In this document: positions 26,694 through 32,444 of the stretch, in pieces
How positions within the stretch are numbered: the first letter of the stretch is position 1
How the letters are laid out: each line of letters starts with the position of its first letter
Origin: a virus
DNA: 41,669 nucleotides
Strand: one strand, 5' to 3'
Virus record (IMG/VR): IMGVR_UViG_3300025119_000002
Notes under the pieces: generated by a model
What the model was told of the DNA's origin: nothing
The model's database searches: none
What the model saw: only the letters and a program-made list of their open reading frames with translations
Translations under genes and position numbers: made by a program

Positions 26694-26965
26694 GCGGCGC
26701 CCCCTACGGCCTTCGTACCTTCGGCTTGATGTTCCAGTTCCCGGATGGCTAGGTTAATGATGGTTTGGAAATTGGAGATGTCCGTGGATCGGCAATAAGC
26801 TGGCGCCTGGGACATCATCCGAAGTACGTACAAAGTGGAAAGATAGCCTACACGTGCTGCTTGCATCTCTCTCTTTGTTCGGCCACTCCAATGCCCTGGG
26901 AAATTGGCCGTAAGCCGTTCGAGTAACCCCGAACGGAATCCTGTTACTTCCTGTGTTTCACTCAT
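26690..26965 (-). CDS. Hypothetical protein
   Basis: 91-aa ORF with an AAGGAG SD 10 nt upstream of the ATG. Confidence 0.6.
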   Translation of the reverse strand: MSETQEVTGFRSGLLERLTANFPGHWSGRTKREMQAARVGYLSTLYVLRMMSQAPAYCRSTDISNFQTIINLAIRELEHQAEGTKAVGGAA

Positions 26966-26967
26966 GG

Positions 26968-26988
26968 CTCAAGCGCTCCTTAATCGCT
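26968..26988 (-). repeat. Duplicated 5' leader/RBS cassette, copy 1 (minus strand AGCGATTAAGGAGCGCTTGAG)
   Basis: Matches 27957-27976 apart from one single-base indel. Both copies sit immediately upstream of an ATG-AG(T/C) start. Confidence 0.7.
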
Positions 26989-26990
26989 CT

Positions 26991-27009
26991 GTCACTCCCA
27001 CGGCCCGCT
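26991..27009 (-). repeat. 19-nt exact junction repeat, copy 1 (GTCACTCCCACGGCCCGCT on the plus strand)
   Basis: Identical to 27236-27254. On the minus strand it reads AGCGGGCCGTGGGAGTGAC and supplies the last codons and stop (SGPWE*) of 26992..27222. Confidence 0.8.
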
Positions 27010-27222
27010 GAAATCAGTGGGCGTGCGTAATTCCTGACGTTGGGTAACCATGCGGATTTGCCGCGCATAAGCGGCGCGGTCCCGTAAGTATTGGCGGGCA
27101 TCGTAGAGCAGGTCAGAAGCGGGAAATTCCGCTCGACCCTCACCACTGACTTGCAGATAGGCGGTGTGCAGGATCACGATGGCGTCGTGGTCTGCGGTGT
27201 TGTCCATCTCATGTGTGCTCAT
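26992..27222 (-). CDS. Hypothetical protein
   Basis: I chose the ATG at 27222 (MSTHEMDN...) with a GGAGG 4 nt upstream. Confidence 0.55.
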   Translation of the reverse strand: MSTHEMDNTADHDAIVILHTAYLQVSGEGRAEFPASDLLYDARQYLRDRAAYARQIRMVTQRQELRTPTDFSGPWE

Positions 27223-27235
27223 GCGGCCTCCTCTT

Positions 27236-27254
27236 GTCACTCCCACGGCCCGCT
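27236..27254 (-). repeat. 19-nt exact junction repeat, copy 2 (intergenic)
   Basis: Identical to 26991-27009. It can pair as CGGCCC-11 nt-GGGCCG with flanking bases. Confidence 0.8.
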
Positions 27255-27282
27255 CAGTGAGTGGGCCGCTGGCGGGATAGGT

Positions 27283-27618
27283 TTAGTCCGTGTGCAGCCT
27301 GTCTGGTAGCCTTCGCAAGATCAACTGATACCACTCTGCGCAATCGCCCCGTCGTACAATCAGACGCGGCGTGTTGATGGCCTGCGCCAGGAGCCGCAGA
27401 TGGTTGTAGGTGTCGCCGCTGGCCTTCTTAGGGTAGCGCCCGGCCACCGGCATGGCCGATCCACGCGAATGGCTTGGGTCGTCTGGCCACCCCGCTCGCC
27501 GGTTGATTGCCTGCTCGACCAGCCAAGCTGGGTCACTGGTGTAGCTCACGGAGTAGCCAGCCGTTCGGGTGTCCTGGCAGCGCCGGAGGTAAGCGATGGT
27601 GCGGGCAGTTGGGGTCAT
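27283..27618 (-). CDS. Hypothetical protein
   Basis: The ATG at 27618 overlaps the upstream stop (ATGA). The N-terminal part of the 172-aa track ORF is off-frame overlap. Confidence 0.6.
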   Translation of the reverse strand: MTPTARTIAYLRRCQDTRTAGYSVSYTSDPAWLVEQAINRRAGWPDDPSHSRGSAMPVAGRYPKKASGDTYNHLRLLAQAINTPRLIVRRGDCAEWYQLILRRLPDRLHTD

Positions 27619-27953
27619 GCGGCACCCCCGATCGGATCGGTCTGCGAAAGGTGAAACACGGTGGTAGTCCACGGCCGCGACGCCGTCCGCTCCACTTCCT
27701 GCCCGGTGGCTTCGTCGCGCTCCTTGCGCGTGGTTTTGATAATAGTGGCTACCTTGACGCCGTGCTCGCCCTTGCGCACCTGGCGCCCGAGTGCGCGCCA
27801 TGCGTCGTAAGTGAATACATTTACTCGTGGGTTGATTTCAGCCTCGGGAATCCCCTTGGCTATGAATCCCGTGAAAATCGCGGGATAGTTCCCTACACTC
27901 CGGCCGTTTACCGCATGGCTCAGAGCTTCCTGCTGAATTGCTTGGCTACTCAT
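27615..27953 (-). CDS. ArdC N-terminal-like ssDNA-binding domain protein (no protease domain)
   Basis: NVFTYDAWRALGRQVRKGEHGVKV resembles the ArdC-N/DUF1738 core motif. It is the first gene after the promoter at 28014. Confidence 0.55.
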   Translation of the reverse strand: MSSQAIQQEALSHAVNGRSVGNYPAIFTGFIAKGIPEAEINPRVNVFTYDAWRALGRQVRKGEHGVKVATIIKTTRKERDEATGQEVERTASRPWTTTVFHLSQTDPIGGAA

Positions 27954-27956
27954 AGC

Positions 27957-27976
27957 CTCAAGCGCTCCTAATCGCT
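27957..27976 (-). repeat. Duplicated 5' leader/RBS cassette, copy 2
   Basis: See copy 1. This copy lies between the promoter at 28014 and the ArdC-N-like gene. Confidence 0.7.
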
Positions 27977-27985
27977 TGCAGTGTT

Positions 27986-28014
27986 ACTATACCGCAAGGG
28001 GAATAGAATGTCAA
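27986..28014 (-). promoter_or_regulatory. Sigma70-type promoter: TTGACA-17-TATAGT
   Basis: Minus strand reads tttctcTTGACAttctattccccttgcggTATAGT, with -35 at 28014-28009 and -10 at 27991-27986. It lies upstream of 27615..27953. Confidence 0.7.
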
Positions 28015-28285
28015 GAGAAATCTTCGTCTAAGCGCAAGAATGTGTCTAGTAGTACTGCGAGACCAGGCATACCGTGAGTCATGGTACTAGGGCGCGCAGA
28101 CTGGTGGAAGCAGAGAAGCAGAGGTCCCGCAGGAAAGTCTTGCAATCTCTAAACTACAGGCGTAGTGTAGGTAGGGTCCTGGTAGTTTTGGCCCTGCACA
28201 AGGCGGTCTGTAGTACGCGCGCGCCGTGGGTCTGGGCGATAGCCGCAAGCGGAGATTCCTAAAATGCTCCGGGGTAAGGTGGGGT

Positions 28286-28540
28286 CTATACGGCGATCAT
28301 CCCGGTCGCACGGGCCAGCGGCGGGATTCGCCGCATGGCCATCTGGCAGTAGGGCCAGGAGAGGTCGAGGCCGACGAAGCGCCGGCCAAGGTTGAAGGCG
28401 ACGAGGCCGGTGGTGCCAGAGCCGGCGAAGGGGTCGAGGACGAGGGCAGGGGTTGGCGGGCCAGCATTGCAGGCGCAGGTCGGCCGCCAGCCAATTGTAA
28501 AAGTAGGCTTGCATACAGAATCCTGTTTCTTGTGCGTTTC
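28286..28540 (-). pseudogene. Start-less 3' remnant of a beta-class amino (N6/N4) DNA methyltransferase
   Basis: The frame ending at TAG 28286-28288 reads ...TIGWRPTCACNAGPPTPALVLDPFAGSGTTGLVAFNLGRRFVGLDLSWPYCQMAMRRI... It is closed upstream by TGATGA at 28541-28546 and has no in-frame start and no DPPY motif. Confidence 0.6.
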
Positions 28541-28637
28541 TCATCAGGGGAGGGTCGGGCCTTGGTGCCTTTCCCCTTCCGCAATCTTGATGCCGCAGGC
28601 TTCATTGTGGCACGTGGAACATTCGGGTTGTCATTTG

Positions 28638-28790
28638 TTACCCGTCAACCTTCCAGAACTTCCTCCAGGTCTCCATGTCCTTGACGTACCACTCCCACAT
28701 CTTGGCCTTCAGCTCCGGGGGCTGGCCCTTGACGATCTCGGTAACCATCTCGGCCAGCGCCTTTACTGCTAGGGCAACGGCTTCAACCAT
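28638..28790 (-). CDS. Small hypothetical protein
   Basis: ATG at 28790 with a GGGAGG 4 nt upstream. 50 aa. Confidence 0.45.
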   Translation of the reverse strand: MVEAVALAVKALAEMVTEIVKGQPPELKAKMWEWYVKDMETWRKFWKVDG

Positions 28791-28989
28791 GTAGCCTCCC
28801 CATTCGTTCCAGCCCCGTCTTCTCGATGGTAACATTCCCCGGACGACCCGCCGGCGGCGGTACGTGGAACTGCACCGCGCTCAGGATTCGCTTGTGGCAG
28901 TCCGGGCAGTACTGCCAATCGCGCCCGTCAGGTCGGCGGCGGGGGAACTGGAGATGGGGATGGCGGCAGCGGAAGGGCCAGAAGGTCAT
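28783..28989 (-). CDS. Small Cys/His-containing hypothetical protein
   Basis: 68 aa with a GGAGA SD and a CRHP...CPDCH pattern. Confidence 0.45.
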   Translation of the reverse strand: MTFWPFRCRHPHLQFPRRRPDGRDWQYCPDCHKRILSAVQFHVPPPAGRPGNVTIEKTGLERMGRLHG

Positions 28990-29032
28990 GCTGTCTCCAT
29001 TATCCGCCGCTCCGTCTGCACTGCTGCACGTT

Positions 29033-29251
29033 TCATGGGTTCGTCATGCGCCATGCCATTTCCTTGATCCGCGTCAGGCCCTTCGGCCAGCGCTTCAGAA
29101 TTGCCTGGTTCACTTTGGCCCAGTCGATACTCGCACGCTCCGACGAAAGCATGGCCAGACGATAGGTCATAGCTACATCTCGCTGGTGCATCCGCGGATC
29201 GGCAATTTCCCCCAGTAGCGTTCTTTCGCAACATTCCAATTCCAGAGTCAT
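29033..29251 (-). CDS. Hypothetical protein
   Basis: I chose the ATG at 29251, downstream of the HNH stop. Confidence 0.5.
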   Translation of the reverse strand: MTLELECCERTLLGEIADPRMHQRDVAMTYRLAMLSSERASIDWAKVNQAILKRWPKGLTRIKEMAWRMTNP

Positions 29252-29261
29252 CGTCACCCCA

Positions 29262-29651
29262 TTATCCGCCGCCCGATCCACTCCGCGACTTGCGGGATGC
29301 CGTCATCGCCACCTGTCGTCTTCGGCCAGCAGACCGCATTTCTTTAGCACATCTAGGGGAGCAGCACTTCTGTCTCTTTCTCTTTCGGGGATTTGCAATA
29401 AATGATTGCCCACAGTTCCAACATGTCTTCAAATCAGGGTATTTCTGCTTGTGCAACCTGATGTGTGGACCAGCCCCAAGTACCTGGAGGTTCTCTATCC
29501 GGTTGTCCAGAGGGTTTCCGTTTATGTGATGAACGTGCTCGTATGCGCTGAGCTTCCTGCCAAGATACTGCTCTATAATCCAACGATGGGCACGTACTTT
29601 CCGCCCATCCCGCCAAATTAACCGCGTCCTTGTATGTTTACTACGAGCCAT
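29262..29651 (-). CDS. HNH endonuclease with a C-terminal Cys cluster
   Basis: YEHVHHINGNPLDNRIENLQVLGAGPHIRLH. It overlaps the 3' end of the methyltransferase gene by 11 nt. Confidence 0.85.
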   Translation of the reverse strand: MARSKHTRTRLIWRDGRKVRAHRWIIEQYLGRKLSAYEHVHHINGNPLDNRIENLQVLGAGPHIRLHKQKYPDLKTCWNCGQSFIANPRKRKRQKCCSPRCAKEMRSAGRRRQVAMTASRKSRSGSGGG

Positions 29652-30870
29652 TGGAAACCCTCCACGTTTCCATTATACATTCGCCAATCCATTGCGCGAC
29701 AGCGGGTACCACTGCATTTCCGAGCGCCCGCAGTCGGTGTGTCCGATTGGAAAGCCCATGAGCCATTCCACGAAGACCGGATTCAGCCTCCGCTTGTGAG
29801 ATCGCAGGCCGCAGTTCGGGGTGTTGCACCAGCAGGTCGGGCCATCGTGGGTCTGTTGGACCATGAGCGAAAGCGGGGAGCCGCCCTGTGCGTATGGCCT
29901 CGTTCGGCTCCCGGTATCGTCCGTCGTTGGTGTAGTCCAGAGATGAACCTGCTTCACAAACTCCCCGCCCACTCCTGCCTTGTGTCCCGTCGCATCCACG
30001 CCCATCATCCCGTGTGGTGTTTTCCACCGTTGCGCCTTCTCGTTCAGCGGCCGGGCGTTTCTCTGCAACGTCTCCACGCTCGATTCGCCCGACTTCCAGT
30101 CCCGGCTTGTTGCTGTCGGCCACATCCGCGCCTGACCCGTCAGGCTGTCTTGCGCTCCCGGATGGTTCCCGCAAGATTCGCCGTCCTCCCGGCGGGGCGT
30201 GGCCCAGAATCGTGCCTGCTGGTCCAGCCCCATCTCGTCCTTGCGGTCGAGTCCCCGGCTCCTGAAGCTGTCCGTCGCCGGAGTCTGCCACTGTTCCGCG
30301 TCCCGCTTTAGGTTCCCGTTCTGGGTTGAGGTCGCATCGCTCCCTGGACGCCTCCCGTCGTGGGCATTGGTTGTAGGCCACAATGAACACTCTGGCCCTT
30401 CGATGACTGGCCCCAAAGTCGGACGCTCGAAGCACGAACCATTCCGCATCGTACCCGAGGTTGGCCAAGTCCCCGAGTACTTCGGCCATCGCTCCTCCGT
30501 GGTTGGCGCTAAGCAGCCCTGGGACGTTCTCAACGAGCACGTAGCGGGGTCGTACCATGCGAACGATCCGAGCGAACTCCGGCCAAATCCATCGCTCATC
30601 GGCAGTTCCTTTCCGCTTGCCTGCGACGGAGACTGGCGGACAGGGGAAGCCTCCGCAAATGAGGTCAACCGGCTCAAGTTCGCTTCCGGCGAGTCGCCGA
30701 ATATCCCCGTAGCGGGCCACGGCAGGCCAATGCTTTGTGAGCACGCGATTGCAGAACTCATCGTTTTCCACCTGCCAGCGGCATGTCATTCCGGCCTGTT
30801 CCAGGCCAAGGTCCAAGCCGCCGATCCCTGCGAACAGCGAACCGAAGGTCACAAATGCTTGCGCCTCCAC
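29641..30870 (-). CDS. DNA (cytosine-5) methyltransferase (frame A)
   Basis: Motifs FAGIGG (I), GGFPCPPVS (IV), ENVPGL (VI), RRARVFIVA (VIII) and LGNAVVP (X). About 200 aa of R/G/E/D/P-rich low complexity lies between VIII and X. Confidence 0.9.
   Translation of the reverse strand: MEAQAFVTFGSLFAGIGGLDLGLEQAGMTCRWQVENDEFCNRVLTKHWPAVARYGDIRRLAGSELEPVDLICGGFPCPPVSVAGKRKGTADERWIWPEFARIVRMVRPRYVLVENVPGLLSANHGGAMAEVLGDLANLGYDAEWFVLRASDFGASHRRARVFIVAYNQCPRREASRERCDLNPEREPKAGRGTVADSGDGQLQEPGTRPQGRDGAGPAGTILGHAPPGGRRILREPSGSARQPDGSGADVADSNKPGLEVGRIERGDVAEKRPAAEREGATVENTTRDDGRGCDGTQGRSGRGVCEAGSSLDYTNDGRYREPNEAIRTGRLPAFAHGPTDPRWPDLLVQHPELRPAISQAEAESGLRGMAHGLSNRTHRLRALGNAVVPAVAQWIGECIMETWRVSNGS
29673..30761 (-). 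CDS. 362-aa ORF fully nested in the methyltransferase gene in another frame (frame B): W-x-T-P repeats and an EWLMGFP motif
   Basis: AGGTGG-N6-ATG at 30761. No stop for 1,089 nt. Motifs CSLRTSQ, TWPTSGTMRNG, six WxTP/T repeats and NPVFVEWLMGFPIGHTD. Third-position G+C is higher than in frame A in the central part. Confidence 0.45.
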   Translation of the reverse strand: MSSAIACSQSIGLPWPATGIFGDSPEANLSRLTSFAEASPVRQSPSQASGKELPMSDGFGRSSLGSFAWYDPATCSLRTSQGCLAPTTEERWPKYSGTWPTSGTMRNGSCFERPTLGPVIEGPECSLWPTTNAHDGRRPGSDATSTQNGNLKRDAEQWQTPATDSFRSRGLDRKDEMGLDQQARFWATPRREDGESCGNHPGAQDSLTGQARMWPTATSRDWKSGESSVETLQRNARPLNEKAQRWKTPHGMMGVDATGHKAGVGGEFVKQVHLWTTPTTDDTGSRTRPYAQGGSPLSLMVQQTHDGPTCWCNTPNCGLRSHKRRLNPVFVEWLMGFPIGHTDCGRSEMQWYPLSRNGLANV

Positions 30871-30885
30871 CGTCGCACAAGCGCC

Positions 30886-30981
30886 TCATCCCATCAGCCC
30901 GAGCAGGCCGAAGGCGACGCAGAGAGCGCCCATGCACAGCAGCCACGTGGTCATGCCGTCGATGAATAGGGTTGGGGTCAT
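30886..30981 (-). CDS. 31-aa hydrophobic micro-ORF
   Basis: ATG at 30981 overlaps the upstream stop (ATGA). Translation: MTPTLFIDGMTTWLLCMGALCVAFGLLGLMG. Confidence 0.3.
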   Translation of the reverse strand: MTPTLFIDGMTTWLLCMGALCVAFGLLGLMG

Positions 30982-31295
30982 GATCTTGTCAGGAAAGATC
31001 GACGATCTAAATGAGCCATAAACTGCTCCTCTGTCATGCCCCGCACGTCCCGGTACCACCAAACTTTGAGTCCCGCGACGTGCCAGCGCAAGCGATCGGA
31101 AGCTGCGTGCAATAACAGATGCCAGGCCGTAAGCAAATCTGTTCCATAGATGCTTCGGAGAGCGTATAGCAAGGGGGTTCGCACCATAAAGACTTCTAGC
31201 GTCTGCGGGATGTGGCCTGCTCGGTATAAGCGCATCACGCCATCGAGACGTTCGACAGCCTCCAATAGCCAACCTGGGTGCTTTATTCGTTTCAT
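30978..31295 (-). CDS. Hypothetical protein
   Basis: 105-aa ORF with a 4-nt overlap with the upstream gene. Confidence 0.55.
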   Translation of the reverse strand: MKRIKHPGWLLEAVERLDGVMRLYRAGHIPQTLEVFMVRTPLLYALRSIYGTDLLTAWHLLLHAASDRLRWHVAGLKVWWYRDVRGMTEEQFMAHLDRRSFLTRS

Positions 31296-31672
31296 CCTTT
31301 CCCCCTCACGATCTGGAGCGCCGCCCCACAGACGGCCTTACACTGGGCGGCTTCGGTGTTGCCTTCGACACGGACAAGTACTGTCGGCGCGGGGTCCTCC
31401 CTAAAAGCCTCCCATCCTATTATCTCGTCGCCAAGCAAAAGCGGGCTTATCCCGATCCCCAGCGCCCGTGTCAGCATCCCGGCGTGGCCAAGATCCTCGT
31501 AGGGGTTCCACCAATGACTTCTCAAGCTGGAAAAAGCCGAAATGCGCCCAGAGACAACACGGAAGTCTCCGGGATACATTTGCCTTTGTTGTATGTCCTT
31601 GTCGGGCTGTCTTTTCCACCCCATCGCCTCGGCCAGCAGGATCAGATCGTCGAGGGTGAAGTCAGTCTGCAT
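31292..31672 (-). CDS. Hypothetical protein (possibly phage ABA-sandwich/DUF2591-like)
   Basis: 126 aa. The LAEAMGW...W.P...LGHAGML pattern gives only a weak family recollection. Confidence 0.5.
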   Translation of the reverse strand: MQTDFTLDDLILLAEAMGWKRQPDKDIQQRQMYPGDFRVVSGRISAFSSLRSHWWNPYEDLGHAGMLTRALGIGISPLLLGDEIIGWEAFREDPAPTVLVRVEGNTEAAQCKAVCGAALQIVRGKG

Positions 31673-31690
31673 CGTAGATTCCTCCAGCTT

Positions 31691-32038
31691 TTATAAGCGA
31701 GCACTCTCCTCCAAACTTTCGATTTCGATTCCTAGCTGAGCGTTCTCCTTCCGCAGCCGCTCAACCTCCTCCTCTGACGCAGCCAGTTCCGCGTTGCGCT
31801 TCTGGTGGCTGACGGTGCAATCATGCAAATCTCGTCGCAAGTGCGCGACCTCGGCGATGAGGCGGCGCACTGTCGTCTCCGGCGGCACATCTGGGTCGTA
31901 AGTTTCGCACTCGCGCTTGATCTGCTCTATCCAGCCCGGTTGCTCGCTCACGGCTTCCTTCCTTCGGCTTCGAGGGCGTCGGCGGCTTCGAGGGCGTCTA
32001 TGCTTACCCCTCCCGCCGCACTGCGGACATCGTTGCAT
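31691..32038 (-). CDS. Hypothetical coiled-coil protein with an N-terminal CxxC and an Arg-rich stretch
   Basis: 115-aa ORF. The exact start is uncertain. Confidence 0.5.
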   Translation of the reverse strand: MQRCPQCGGRGKHRRPRSRRRPRSRRKEAVSEQPGWIEQIKRECETYDPDVPPETTVRRLIAEVAHLRRDLHDCTVSHQKRNAELAASEEEVERLRKENAQLGIEIESLEESARL

Positions 32039-32040
32039 TT

Positions 32041-32226
32041 TTATTTGCCCTCCTCCCGCGCCCGCTCCGGCCAGCGAACCTCGACGCGGCGAACGTCGTC
32101 GTACAAATAACTAACCACATCGCCTTTCGATTCTTCAATGGACCTGACATCTAGGCGGTCATTCTGAAACCCGCCCCATGCCTCCACCTTCCGCCAGCGC
32201 CGATCTTTGGGCTTAGGGCGCTTCAC
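32041..32226 (-). CDS. Small hypothetical protein
   Basis: 61-aa ORF, tightly packed. Confidence 0.45.
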   Translation of the reverse strand: MKRPKPKDRRWRKVEAWGGFQNDRLDVRSIEESKGDVVSYLYDDVRRVEVRWPERAREEGK

Positions 32227-32444
32227 GTCTTGCCCCCCCCCCTTGCCGCCCGCTCGTACTCGGCGGCACGGCCTTCTAGCTCCTGCTCCACGGCCGCTGC
32301 GCGATATGGCACAGTGCCATGAGACTTGCGTGCAAGAATGAGGGCTTCCCGCATCTCCTCGGCCTTAGCCCGCAGCACAATCTCCGGTAGCGGTAGATCG
32401 ACCCAGTCACGGGCCTGCGCTACAGCAGTTTCCCAATCGGTCAT
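32223..32444 (-). CDS. Small hypothetical protein
   Basis: 73-aa ORF with 4-nt overlaps on both sides. Confidence 0.5.
   Translation of the reverse strand: MTDWETAVAQARDWVDLPLPEIVLRAKAEEMREALILARKSHGTVPYRAAAVEQELEGRAAEYERAARGGGKT

Noticed and set aside
28149-28605. 131-aa and 102-aa minus-strand ORFs over the MTase remnant
   Set aside because: Both are off-frame translations of the DPFAGSGTT-containing frame. They are R/P/A/S-rich and lack the GC3 signature that the remnant frame has.
28997-29010. 14-nt exact repeat CCATTATCCGCCGC (also at 29259-29272), both just upstream of start codons
   Set aside because: A few exact 14-mer repeats are expected by chance in a genome of about 42 kb counted on both strands. 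The shared part is largely SD-like sequence.
30886-31272. 128-aa version of the ORF ending in the hydrophobic peptide
   Set aside because: The first roughly 95 residues are R/S/G-rich off-frame overlap of 30978..31295. Only the last 31 codons, starting at a coupled ATG, look genuine.
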